Shown in pieces: positions 26,905 to 35,695 of a stretch of 64,000 nucleotides of DNA. Each line of letters opens with the position of its first letter. Within the stretch, counting starts at the first letter, position 1. A program made the position numbers and the translations under genes. The notes under the pieces were generated by a model, which did not search any database, was not told the DNA's origin, and worked only from the letters and a program-made list of their open reading frames with translations. Source of the stretch: a virus; IMG/VR virus record IMGVR_UViG_3300045988_160259, positions 64,001-128,000 of that record, one strand, 5' to 3'.

Positions 26905-27870
26905 ATGGTACAAATTTTAGAATTATTTGGTGGAATCGGAAGCCCACGGTGCGCATTACGGAATATTGGTATTCCTGTTAAATCAATTGATTATGTTGAA
27001 ATTGACGAAGCAGCAGTCAGATCATATAATGCAATGTTCGCAAAAGATCTTCCGTATAAAACGCAAACAGTGGTCGGATACAATCTTCGTCCAGATATTC
27101 TGATACATGGTTCTCCCTGCCAGGACATGTCTGTTGCTGGACATCAAGGCACAGCCACCGGAAATGGAAGGACAAATCATGGAGCTGGCGCAGAAGAAGG
27201 GTCTGGGACAAGATCGAGTCTTATGTGGGAAACAATTAATATTATTAAACAGATGGGAGAATGGAAACCCAAATATGTGATTTGGGAAAATGTTAAAAAT
27301 GTCAGAAGTAAATATATGGTACATAATCACGACAGATATATGGAAGAATTAAGTAAACTTGGATATACAAGTACATATGAACTATTAGACGCAAGAGAGT
27401 TTGGTATTCCGCAAGCAAGAGAACGCTATTTCACTGTAAGCTGTTTAAAAGGAAAGAAATTTGATTTTTCTGATCTGATTAGAACGCCAATGAAAAACAT
27501 TCATGAGTTTTTGGAACAAAAAGTTGATCCAGTATATGAGGTAACACAACCGAGCATTCTGGAATGTATTGGCGCATCCGGAATTAGAAGAGCAACTGTA
27601 ATTGACCAATATGCTTATACAATCACGACTCGCCAGGATCGGACACCTGCACAGGTAATCGACTTACATAATGGAAAGTATAGATATCTTACGGAACGGG
27701 AATGTTGGAGACTTATGGGTTATACGGATCAGGATTATGAAGCAGCCGCATCTGTACAACAGAAACGAGGAAGATATAGAATGGCATTATATAAACAGGC
27801 TGGCAATAGTATTTGTGTTCCAATTTTTGAAAGCCTGTTCAGAAAAATTTTGTTGGGCGAAACTGCATAG
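26905..27870 (+). CDS. dcm: DNA (cytosine-5)-methyltransferase
   Basis: Motif I LELFGGIGS, motif IV HGSPCQDMS, motif VI WENVKNV, motif VIII QARERYF, motif X GNSICVP. Start moved to ATG after SD aaagga. No adjacent restriction gene recognised. Confidence 0.9.
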   Translation: MVQILELFGGIGSPRCALRNIGIPVKSIDYVEIDEAAVRSYNAMFAKDLPYKTQTVVGYNLRPDILIHGSPCQDMSVAGHQGTATGNGRTNHGAGAEEGSGTRSSLMWETINIIKQMGEWKPKYVIWENVKNVRSKYMVHNHDRYMEELSKLGYTSTYELLDAREFGIPQARERYFTVSCLKGKKFDFSDLIRTPMKNIHEFLEQKVDPVYEVTQPSILECIGASGIRRATVIDQYAYTITTRQDRTPAQVIDLHNGKYRYLTERECWRLMGYTDQDYEAAASVQQKRGRYRMALYKQAGNSICVPIFESLFRKILLGETA

Positions 27871-27939
27871 AAAAACTATGTTATTGCTGAGGAATATGAT
27901 ATAATATAAATAATTATATAAAAGTTGGAGGAAAATAGA

Positions 27940-28248
27940 ATGGGAGAATATTATAATACAATTATTTTACGACATGCTGAAGGATCTTATACGAAAAAGC
28001 AATTCAAAAATTACTCTGAAGGAGATTGTATTTATGGACCAAATACTGATCCAGAAGAATTAAAACGATGGGCATACGATCAGCTCAATGAAGCAAAAGC
28101 AGAATTGGCAAAATATAAATGTACATATGACGAGCATTCTGATTGCGTTGATGTAGAAGAATATGCACTTGAATATTGTGACACAAATACAGATGGAGAA
28201 TTTGTGAATGGTTCAGATTACGATTTAGCGGAAAGAGAGGAAGTGTAA
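27940..28248 (+). CDS. hypothetical protein (102 aa)
   Basis: ORF 27925-28248 trimmed to ATG after SD ttggagga. Confidence 0.65.
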   Translation: MGEYYNTIILRHAEGSYTKKQFKNYSEGDCIYGPNTDPEELKRWAYDQLNEAKAELAKYKCTYDEHSDCVDVEEYALEYCDTNTDGEFVNGSDYDLAEREEV

Positions 28249-28296
28249 TATGTCAAAACCTATGAGTTATTGTTCTGAATTGTGGAGGTGATTAAA

Positions 28297-28887
28297 ATGG
28301 ACATAAAAGAAATAGTAGAGTTCATAAAACTGATTCCATCAGTCGTAAAAATGATTAAAAAGGGTAGAGAATATAATTACAACATGTATATACAAAAAGT
28401 ATATAACGAGACAAGAGATATCGTAAATAATTATTTTAAAATATTAAATGATACAAAACATTTCTTGGAAGATCGTCAGAAAACTTTAGACGAAATAATA
28501 ATATTCTTAGAAAACAAAAGAGTTGATTTTCGGACAATTAGATGCGAAGTTAGAACAATTGTTAGTATGGATAATTTTTATTTAAAGAATGAAGATTATT
28601 CTAATTTTATGAGAGGAGTATTAGGAGTACTACAGGGTGGTTTAGAAAGTAATATATTAACAGATAGAGGAGTTGAGAATGTATACCATAATCATACTAT
28701 AAATGATATTATTGAAGAATGTAAAAGAAAAAAAGAATACGAAAATGATTCAAATTTGATTAAATTAAATTTGGAATTAAATGATGCCATAGAGGAACAA
28801 GAAATAGAACTTCAAAAATCTTGGAATTTGGTATGCGAAAGTTATATCAAAATTAGTCGAAAATTACCAAATAGATTAAATAATTAA
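28297..28887 (+). CDS. hypothetical protein (196 aa)
   Basis: ORF 28282-28887 trimmed to ATG after SD tggaggtg. Confidence 0.7.
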   Translation: MDIKEIVEFIKLIPSVVKMIKKGREYNYNMYIQKVYNETRDIVNNYFKILNDTKHFLEDRQKTLDEIIIFLENKRVDFRTIRCEVRTIVSMDNFYLKNEDYSNFMRGVLGVLQGGLESNILTDRGVENVYHNHTINDIIEECKRKKEYENDSNLIKLNLELNDAIEEQEIELQKSWNLVCESYIKISRKLPNRLNN

Positions 28888-28903
28888 AAGTTAAGAGAAT
28901 TTA

Positions 28904-28950
28904 ATATGTAGAAACTAATACAATAATGTGTACAGTTTCTACATATTTTT
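28904..28950 (+). terminator. intrinsic terminator
   Basis: Perfect 13-bp stem ATATGTAGAAACT 28904-28916 / AGTTTCTACATAT 28934-28946 followed by TTTT. Confidence 0.8.
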
Positions 28951-28966
28951 GATTAGAGGTGATACA

Positions 28967-29572
28967 ATGTTAGATGCAATAGAGTTTAAAGCCGATAGGT
29001 TTAAAAAAAGAAGATAATTATAATCTGATTGAATTTACCGAAAACACAGTTATTTTGTGTAGTGATTACAAACTTATGGATACACTAACGAAAGAAATAA
29101 TCAATACAGTGAATGGTAAAGCAGAATATAACGATTATTACTGTGATGATGAAGACGAGGGGGAAAGCAAAATTAGATTTATGTTTTGGTTTACAGCGAA
29201 TAATTGATATAAATGGACAGAAGATTACAATTGGTCTGGAGCCAGCAATCATTTACAAAGCAAATAAACCAGAAGACATATGGCTTTTTTACTTAGCAAG
29301 GATGTGATGAGATTGAATCATTTCCTAAATATGAAGAATATATTTACCCTATGTTGATATTTAAAGGTAGTAAAAGTACATGGAACGATGGCAAGGATGC
29401 TGTATACCAAACTATATGTAATGGAAGATATGGTTGTTATAATGGAAAATGGATTGATTTTGCCGAAAAATTATTTTACGAAGAAACAGCGAAAAGATTT
29501 TTCGATCAGATGAATATAAATTCTAATGAAACCAAGTTTTCATGTGGAGTGGAAAGGAGAATATATAAATGA
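28967..29572 (+). pseudogene. gene interrupted by successive +1 frame changes (intact-looking 3' part is ORF 29351-29572)
   Basis: ATG 28967 with SD agaggtg stops at 29015 just after an A7 run (29003-29009). Protein-like sequence continues in the +1 frame to 29207, again +1 to 29307, and again +1 into ORF 29351-29572, which has no SD of its own. Confidence 0.35.
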
Positions 29573-29775
29573 GAATTATTAATGCATATGGATACGATGT
29601 GACAGGCTCAGAAGATATTTTAAATGAAATAGAGACTGATTTAAAAAATAAACAAGTGACGATTAATTGGAGCAATTTTAAGAATGGAGATGTTCTTTGG
29701 AATCATAATGGAAATACAAAATTCTTTGTTGCAATAGATCATGAAAACAAAATGGTTGTATTGGATGAGAAGTAG
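29569..29775 (+). CDS. hypothetical protein (68 aa)
   Basis: ORF; ATGA overlap; SD aaaggaga upstream. Confidence 0.6.
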   Translation: MRIINAYGYDVTGSEDILNEIETDLKNKQVTINWSNFKNGDVLWNHNGNTKFFVAIDHENKMVVLDEK

Positions 29776-29817
29776 AATAAGAAATCTAAGTTTCAAGACA
29801 AGAAAGGAAATTATGAG

Positions 29818-30006
29818 ATGAGTACAGCAACATGTATTAAGGACTATGATGGTGTTGGATTTTTAAAAGAAAATAAAGACGGACACGAAGAAATTCATAT
29901 CAAAAAAGGTGATATAATTGAATGGGATAATCAAGGATATCTTTGGTTTGATAACGTATGTTTCGGACATATGGATGCTTATCCTGGTCAATATTTTAAA
30001 TTTTAA
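29818..30006 (+). CDS. hypothetical protein (62 aa)
   Basis: ORF; SD gaaagga upstream. Confidence 0.6.
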   Translation: MSTATCIKDYDGVGFLKENKDGHEEIHIKKGDIIEWDNQGYLWFDNVCFGHMDAYPGQYFKF

Positions 30007-30041
30007 AAACTAAGTAAATTTAACTTTCAAATGGTGATAAT

Positions 30042-30275
30042 ATGGAAAAATTGAAATTGTACAAAGTGACAAAGGCAAGTTCAGATGGTACATTTAATAT
30101 TGGTGATATAATTTGGCTTTCTAATAATGAAGATTTAAATAGTTGCAAAGGCCTCGGATTTCTTTCGAAAAGTGAGTGGGATAATCCTGGAAGTAATGAT
30201 TTTGAAGTTGAAGAATGTACCGATTATTATTTAGACGTGACCGATCGGAGTGAAAAAGTAAGGAGAAAAGTTTAG
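30042..30275 (+). CDS. hypothetical protein (77 aa)
   Basis: ORF; weak SD tggtga. Confidence 0.6.
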   Translation: MEKLKLYKVTKASSDGTFNIGDIIWLSNNEDLNSCKGLGFLSKSEWDNPGSNDFEVEECTDYYLDVTDRSEKVRRKV

Positions 30276-30491
30276 ATGATATATCTGATTGCATACAAGA
30301 AAAAAGATGGAAACGATTTTATGGGTCAGCCTTATATTCTAGGAGATTTTAATAATCTTGATGAATGTAAAGCGAACGCACAGCAGCTTATTGGAGATGG
30401 GTATTGCTATGTTACGGTATTCGAATGCGAAGAGAATGCGCCAGAAGAAATCTCGTGGGATTATGTAAAAAGAAACAAAATGGAATTTTGA
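30276..30491 (+). CDS. hypothetical protein (71 aa)
   Basis: ORF abutting previous stop; SD aaggaga upstream. Confidence 0.6.
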   Translation: MIYLIAYKKKDGNDFMGQPYILGDFNNLDECKANAQQLIGDGYCYVTVFECEENAPEEISWDYVKRNKMEF

Positions 30492-30534
30492 ATATGAAGT
30501 ATAAAATGACAATTTATTTGAATTGGAGGAAATT

Positions 30535-30711
30535 ATGAAATTTAAAGCAGGAGATAGAGTATTTCATAAAAATTTAAGATTATTTGGTACATTTGTTGGA
30601 TATGCATGGGAATCGGATAAAGAAGCAGATGTGGATTTTGAAATGGAAGATGGATATATAGAACAGAGACATGTTTCCATTAATCAATTAGAAAAAATTA
30701 ATAATGATTAA
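30535..30711 (+). CDS. hypothetical protein (58 aa)
   Basis: ORF 30523-30711 trimmed to ATG after SD ttggagga. Confidence 0.55.
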   Translation: MKFKAGDRVFHKNLRLFGTFVGYAWESDKEADVDFEMEDGYIEQRHVSINQLEKINND

Positions 30712-30733
30712 ATAAATGAAAGATGTGATATAA

Positions 30734-30925
30734 GTGAGAAAAGCTATTATCTATATGGAAGTTGCTTGTGGTCACTGCGGAGGTATTATAAATCGAAATT
30801 ATAAGAATAGTACAAGTGTAAAATGGTTAAAAAATGCCACGAGTGATTGGAGATATACAAAAGAGTATGGAAATGTTTGCCCAGATTGCTTAAGAGAACT
30901 AAATCTAGAAAAAGCGCATGAATAA
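30734..30925 (+). CDS. hypothetical zinc-ribbon protein (63 aa)
   Basis: CGHCGG...CPDC; GTG start, alternative ATG 30755. Confidence 0.55.
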   Translation: MRKAIIYMEVACGHCGGIINRNYKNSTSVKWLKNATSDWRYTKEYGNVCPDCLRELNLEKAHE

Positions 30926-30969
30926 AAACAGAATAATTATATGTTATGATGTGGAGGAGTGTAAAGTAA

Positions 30970-31248
30970 ATGACTGTAAAAGATATATTAACAATAACAA
31001 GTGGAAATACTAAATTCTACATTCAGGGAACAACTGAAAGCGACGAAATCGTACAATTGGCACATGGAAAAGTAAATGATATTAAATTTCCATTAGTCCC
31101 ATATGGAAAATATAAAGTGAAACATATTTCTGTAGATGAAAATTATTTATATATTGTATTAGATAGTAATTTAAATTTTGCTAAGATCAATTTAAGTTTT
31201 ACAGATATTACATGTTCTGGATTTTCAGGATATATAGAAAATGATTGA
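30970..31248 (+). CDS. hypothetical protein (92 aa)
   Basis: ORF; SD gtggaggag upstream. Confidence 0.65.
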   Translation: MTVKDILTITSGNTKFYIQGTTESDEIVQLAHGKVNDIKFPLVPYGKYKVKHISVDENYLYIVLDSNLNFAKINLSFTDITCSGFSGYIEND

Positions 31249-31258
31249 GGTGATATAA

Positions 31259-31476
31259 ATGGAAATTCCTAAATACATACAAAACAAAATAAAACAACAG
31301 ATTGATGCTTGTGATAAAGCAAGAAAATTAGAAAAAGAAACAGATAATTGGTGTTGCCTTTCTGGATTTGATCCTTATAGCAAAGATTATAAGGAAACAA
31401 AAGGAAGCTCGCAGATGCAGTAGCACCTTTAAACGCAGATAAAATTAGAGAAATAGCAGACAAGATAAAATTATGA
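31259..31476 (+). pseudogene. small gene with a -1 frame break at an A4 run (54-aa ORF 31259-31423 plus continuation to 31476)
   Basis: SD tgaggtg upstream. One extra A at 31399-31402 would read ...DYKETKRKLADAVAPLNADKIREIADKIKL-stop. Confidence 0.4.
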
Positions 31477-31528
31477 TTTCTTCCTACTTTAAACGGAGAA
31501 TAATCTAATAGAAAGTGAGGCAACATAT

Positions 31529-32221
31529 ATGGAAAACGAATATAAAGTAGAAGAAACAAAATTTGGAACAAAAACAAGTCATCCGGCATATGGAACGATC
31601 ATGTTTAATAGAGTTAACGGTTATAAAAGAAGTTTGTTTGGAAGTAGTATTGAACATAGTAACGTGATTACAATGGAAGTAAAACATGCTGATATAGAAC
31701 GTGGATTAAATAGAGATTGGGTTTATGGTAAAAGTCCTATTGTAGAAATAGAGATGAGTTATTCACAGTTTGCAGAAGCAATTACATCTTTTGGTCAAGG
31801 GAATGGAATACCTTGTACTATTAGATATACAGAAAAAGATGGCAAAATTCCTGAATGTGATTTTATCAGCAAAAGGAAACAGTTCGCTGATGAATTCAAA
31901 AGTAAAACAGAAGATACAATGAATGAATCACAGCAGTTAATCCAAGATGTAACCGATTTATTTTCTCAGAAAAAAGCACTAACAAAGGCAGATAAAGAAT
32001 CTATAATATCTAAGCTTAGAAAATTAAGCATGGATATTGGATGTAATATGGATTTTATAGCTGATTCGTTTAATGAACAGATGGATAAAACTGTAATGGA
32101 AGCAAAAGGAGAAATCGAATCATTCTGTCAGAACAAGATTAATGCTATTACAAGTGCAGCGTTGGTAGAACACAGGGATGAGATTTTGAAACTTGAAAAT
32201 CCTGTAGATTTTAAAGAATAG
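31529..32221 (+). CDS. hypothetical protein (230 aa)
   Basis: ORF; SD gtgagg upstream. Confidence 0.75.
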   Translation: MENEYKVEETKFGTKTSHPAYGTIMFNRVNGYKRSLFGSSIEHSNVITMEVKHADIERGLNRDWVYGKSPIVEIEMSYSQFAEAITSFGQGNGIPCTIRYTEKDGKIPECDFISKRKQFADEFKSKTEDTMNESQQLIQDVTDLFSQKKALTKADKESIISKLRKLSMDIGCNMDFIADSFNEQMDKTVMEAKGEIESFCQNKINAITSAALVEHRDEILKLENPVDFKE

Positions 32222-32269
32222 AATGAGGTAAATGAAAAATTGCTTTCATGGGAAAAGAAGGATGAAAAT

Positions 32270-32524
32270 ATGAATAAAATTGAAACACCAACGCTGGATA
32301 TAATGATTGAAATTCAGGAACAATCACAGCTTTGTGGAGAATTTCTTGATTGGCTCTTAAGAAAATATACCATGTTTGACAGAAAACAAAAGAGAGAAAG
32401 TCCATTTGCCAATGTTATGGGTAACGGAGACTATATCAATAAAGAAAAGTTACTTGCTGAATTTTTTGATATTGATTTAGTAGAAGCTGAAAAAGAACGA
32501 CAAGCTATTCTGGATGCTATGTAA
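32270..32524 (+). CDS. hypothetical protein (84 aa)
   Basis: ORF 32240-32524 trimmed to ATG after SD gaagga. Confidence 0.6.
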   Translation: MNKIETPTLDIMIEIQEQSQLCGEFLDWLLRKYTMFDRKQKRESPFANVMGNGDYINKEKLLAEFFDIDLVEAEKERQAILDAM

Positions 32525-32527
32525 CGA

Positions 32528-32543
32528 TGAAAGATTGTTTTCA
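32528..32543 (+). repeat. junction hairpin TGAAA-N6-TTTCA
   Basis: TGAAAgattgtTTTCA, 3 nt after stop 32522-32524. Confidence 0.7.
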
Positions 32544-32561
32544 GAAGGCAGGTGAAATGTT

Positions 32562-32813
32562 GTGACTGAAGCAGATATTAACAAATATGTTGTCGAAGAA
32601 ATGGGATATGCAGAAGAACAAGAAGATCAAATTGCCATTAGGCTTTATTTATCAAATGGAGAACTTGTAGAAATCTGGTTTGACGAATATAATGATTGTT
32701 ATACCTGGAGCAATGCCTCCTATGGATACGAAGATACTTATGCAGTAGTACAAGATATTTGCGAATGGTTAAAAAATGATTCACTGAAAATAATAGGTGT
32801 AGAAACAATATAA
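32562..32813 (+). CDS. hypothetical protein (83 aa)
   Basis: GTG start after SD aggtga. Confidence 0.6.
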   Translation: MTEADINKYVVEEMGYAEEQEDQIAIRLYLSNGELVEIWFDEYNDCYTWSNASYGYEDTYAVVQDICEWLKNDSLKIIGVETI

Positions 32814-32846
32814 TTATTACACCAAACAAAGAAAATAAGGTTTGCA

Positions 32847-33020
32847 ATGAAGAAAATTTTATTGAATAAAATTTGCTGCAAGAAATGCGGCGACATTATA
32901 GAAAACAAAACACGGCATAGTTTTGTAGTATGTAAATGCGGAGCTGTGGCTGTAGATGGCGGACATGATTATTTGAAGCGAGTTGGTAATCGAGAAGATT
33001 TGAGTGAGTTTAGTGAATAA
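32847..33020 (+). CDS. hypothetical zinc-ribbon small protein (57 aa)
   Basis: MKKILLNKICCKKCGDIIENKTRHSFVVCKCGAVAVDGGHDYLKRVGNREDLSEFSE; CxxC...CxC pattern; below ORF-track cutoff. Confidence 0.5.
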   Translation: MKKILLNKICCKKCGDIIENKTRHSFVVCKCGAVAVDGGHDYLKRVGNREDLSEFSE

Positions 33021-33035
33021 AGTGGAGGATTGTAG

Positions 33036-33371
33036 ATGATAAAAGTATACGGAGAGAAGGAAAAATCGTGTATTGCGAATGCAATTCATCAATATAATGG
33101 AGCTTTAATCTATTCATATGAAGAGCGTTATTCTGGTATTCCAGAATGTTATAGTGTAAATAGTAATGTGTGCAGTGTCAAAGATTTTTGTCAATTCGTT
33201 TATGATGATCTTGAAAGGAAAGTGTTGGAAAATGAAAATTTTCCGATACATAAAATGTGTGTTATTTACACAAATTTAGAAAAGAAAAATGAAATTGAAA
33301 TGCTGGAAAATTATGCAAGAGAAATAGAAAAAATGGGATATGTTGGTAACGTGATTATTATGTTTAAATAA
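33036..33371 (+). CDS. hypothetical protein (111 aa)
   Basis: ORF; SD gtggagga upstream. Confidence 0.7.
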   Translation: MIKVYGEKEKSCIANAIHQYNGALIYSYEERYSGIPECYSVNSNVCSVKDFCQFVYDDLERKVLENENFPIHKMCVIYTNLEKKNEIEMLENYAREIEKMGYVGNVIIMFK

Positions 33372-33405
33372 AAATTTACTTTTATATAGAAACGAGATGT
33401 ATTAG

Positions 33406-33765
33406 ATGAACAGAAACTACAAATGGCAAGATCTTCCTTATAAATACGATAGTTTTGGATTTGTTTTTGGATATGATTATCATATTCATAAGTGGGTTTA
33501 TGATGTCAAATATTATCTAAACGGTGATGATTGGTGCCTTGATCCAGAAGGAATAACGATTCTTCGAAAGATAAATGAACTGGAACTAGGATGGATAGAA
33601 AAATATAAAGATCTTATTGAAGAGCGTGAAAGAGAAAATGTTGCGTGGATCAATCAAAAACAGTGTAGGAGAAGAAGCTGCGTTTGCAAGAGATGTGAAA
33701 AATATTGTCATTGTTATGAATGTGTAGAGAGAATTAGTGAATGTGATAATAAAACAGAAGAATGA
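33406..33765 (+). CDS. hypothetical protein with Cys-rich C-terminus (119 aa)
   Basis: ORF; CRRRSCVCKRCEKYCHCYECVERISEC. Confidence 0.65.
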   Translation: MNRNYKWQDLPYKYDSFGFVFGYDYHIHKWVYDVKYYLNGDDWCLDPEGITILRKINELELGWIEKYKDLIEERERENVAWINQKQCRRRSCVCKRCEKYCHCYECVERISECDNKTEE

Positions 33766-33802
33766 AAATAATTGTCAAATGGAAGATTGGAGAAAATATA
33801 AA

Positions 33803-33997
33803 ATGGAAAAGAATAATTGTGAGTTGTGTGGTGGAAGTTATGATTTTAGAATGGTACAAATTAACGAGTGTGTGAATATAGTTGGTATTGCATTATCAGG
33901 AAGTCTAAAGCAAGTAAATAATGGTAATCGTTTCAAATATTGCCCTAAATGCGGAAGAAAATTAACGAAAGAGAATTTTGGTGGTATTAGCTTTTAA
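33803..33997 (+). CDS. hypothetical zinc-ribbon protein (64 aa; alternative starts 33737 and 33779)
   Basis: CELCGG...CPKCG; ATG after SD ttggaga. Confidence 0.55.
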   Translation: MEKNNCELCGGSYDFRMVQINECVNIVGIALSGSLKQVNNGNRFKYCPKCGRKLTKENFGGISF

Positions 33998-34051
33998 AAT
34001 AAATTAAACGTATAATAGATGAAAGATTGTTTTATAGGAGAGAATAGAAAT

Positions 34052-34306
34052 ATGAACGAAACAGTTTATATGCTTGGGGTCTCATTATTTACATATGATG
34101 GTTATGCAGACGTAATGGATGATGGAACACAATACCAAGCGCTTGAATGGAAACTGATAGACATGGAAAAATATAACGGGAAATATGTCGTAATCGGTTT
34201 TGATGGATCGTTGAGAATTTATGAAACTGAAGGTGAAAAGTTATTTGACGGTTCGTTGCTTGATTCAAAAGATTTTTGTTGGCATCTACAGAATAAGATT
34301 AAATAA
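34052..34306 (+). CDS. hypothetical protein (84 aa)
   Basis: ORF 34019-34306 trimmed to ATG after SD taggagag. Confidence 0.6.
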   Translation: MNETVYMLGVSLFTYDGYADVMDDGTQYQALEWKLIDMEKYNGKYVVIGFDGSLRIYETEGEKLFDGSLLDSKDFCWHLQNKIK

Positions 34307-34320
34307 AAGGAAGTATAAGC

Positions 34321-34863
34321 ATGAACTTAGAAAATATTAGTAAATACATTTGTTTGATTCTCAGGCATAAACCAGAAACAATTGGCATTACTTTGGATGA
34401 ACATGGATGGGCTAATGTCGATGAGCTGGTTAGCGGAATCGAAAAAGACAATCCTGGATTCGATCTGGATCATCTGTACGAGATCGTAGAAACAGATTCG
34501 AAGGGAAGATACTCTTTTAATGAAGATAAAACACTGATTAGATGCAACCAAGGACATTCGATTCCTGTAGACGTAGAGTTAGAAGAGAAACAACCACCAG
34601 AATTTTTATATCATGGAACTGGTGAAAAATACGTAGCGTCAATTGATGATATTGGATTAATTCCAAAAAGCCGGTTATATGTTCATCTTTCAAGTGACGT
34701 TGATACTGCAGAACAGGTTGGTAAAAGACACGGAAAAGAAGTTGTGTATCAGGTAGCATCTGGCCAGATGCATAGAGATGGATATAAATTCTATTTGTCT
34801 GTGAATAATGTTTGGTTAACTAAAGAAGTACCAATAAAATATTTAGAAAGGAAAAGTGATTGA
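34321..34863 (+). CDS. kptA: RNA 2'-phosphotransferase Tpt1/KptA family
   Basis: 180 aa; [32 protein letters not shown]...[12 protein letters not shown]...LYHGT...VHLS...GKRHG...[13 protein letters not shown] matches KptA along the full length. Confidence 0.85.
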   Translation: MNLENISKYICLILRHKPETIGITLDEHGWANVDELVSGIEKDNPGFDLDHLYEIVETDSKGRYSFNEDKTLIRCNQGHSIPVDVELEEKQPPEFLYHGTGEKYVASIDDIGLIPKSRLYVHLSSDVDTAEQVGKRHGKEVVYQVASGQMHRDGYKFYLSVNNVWLTKEVPIKYLERKSD

Positions 34864-34864
34864 T

Positions 34865-35107
34865 ATGAAAAATGTAAAAGCAATTACAATGAGCTTTGGA
34901 GAATTTAAAGACTATGTTGGAATGGTTTCAAATGGTGAAGCTGATGTAGAATTTGAATCTGAAGAGTGGTTCTATATATCCACAGAACAATACAACGCAG
35001 ATAATATCGAAAAAGATTTGTCAGATTATTTGCATGTTAATGTAAAATATGTACTTATTGATATGAGCGCTTATGATAAAGATAATGTCGTTTTAATCTT
35101 GGACTAG
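34865..35107 (+). CDS. hypothetical protein (80 aa)
   Basis: ORF 34856-35107 trimmed to ATG after SD aaagga. Confidence 0.6.
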   Translation: MKNVKAITMSFGEFKDYVGMVSNGEADVEFESEEWFYISTEQYNADNIEKDLSDYLHVNVKYVLIDMSAYDKDNVVLILD

Positions 35108-35138
35108 ATAAAACAGACATTTCAGAAAGGAAATAAGA

Positions 35139-35303
35139 ATGGAAAACTATATGAATGCGCCAGTCCAGTTAGAATGGACTGACAAAGACATTTTAGAAGA
35201 TTTCGAGAAATACAAAGATAAGAAAGCAGTATCCAGAAGGTTTTGTATCCCTGTATCTCAGGTTACAGAAATTTTAAAACGAAACAACGTAAAAGAGAAA
35301 TAA
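35139..35303 (+). CDS. hypothetical small protein (54 aa)
   Basis: SD gaaagga upstream; MENYMNAPVQLEWTDKDILEDFEKYKDKKAVSRRFCIPVSQVTEILKRNNVKEK (C-terminus looks HTH-like). Confidence 0.5.
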   Translation: MENYMNAPVQLEWTDKDILEDFEKYKDKKAVSRRFCIPVSQVTEILKRNNVKEK

Positions 35304-35329
35304 AATGAAAATTAAATATAAACAGTAAG

Positions 35330-35362
35330 AAAGCGATGGCTGATTTAGTCATCGCTTTTCTT
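35330..35362. terminator. bidirectional stem-loop between convergent genes
   Basis: aaagcgatggct / agtcatcgcttt stem (one G-U); overlaps the 3' end of the minus-strand HTH gene. Confidence 0.6.
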
Positions 35363-35674
35363 ATGACATACTGCAGTTCTATAACGGAAATTTGCATCCT
35401 GAATTTCTTGCGAGATATGCTCCATTCGATCGATATATTCTGTAACATGTGATGGAATTTTTATATCCCATTCATTTTTATCAGAAGTGAGTAGATCATT
35501 TGGGGTACATTCTAACGCTTCACAAATTTTTTCAAGAGTTTCAAAGCGAATGCTTGCCATATTGCCAGAACAAATTTTTGATACAGATGGTAAAGATAGA
35601 TCGGTAGCTTCTGCAAATGCAGCTTGACTTTTGTATTTAGTCAATATTAAATGTTGAATATCCAATTTAATCAT
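35345..35674 (-). CDS. XRE-family helix-turn-helix transcriptional regulator
   Basis: The only convincing minus-strand gene. N-terminal HTH LILTKYKSQAAFAEATDLSLPSVSKICSGNMASIRFETLEKICEALECTPNDLL; SD GGAGGTG (reverse complement at 35679-35685). Confidence 0.8.
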   Translation of the reverse strand: MIKLDIQHLILTKYKSQAAFAEATDLSLPSVSKICSGNMASIRFETLEKICEALECTPNDLLTSDKNEWDIKIPSHVTEYIDRMEHISQEIQDANFRYRTAVCHKKSDD

Positions 35675-35695
35675 ATTGCACCTCCGTGTGAAATG

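Noticed and set aside
29113-29307. 64-aa ORF as an intact gene
   Set aside because: Its N-terminal half overlaps a more protein-like frame and reads as shadow sequence (MVKQNITIITVMMKTRGKAKLDLCFG). Only its C-terminal part looks genuine. It is treated as a piece of the frameshifted gene at 28967-29572.
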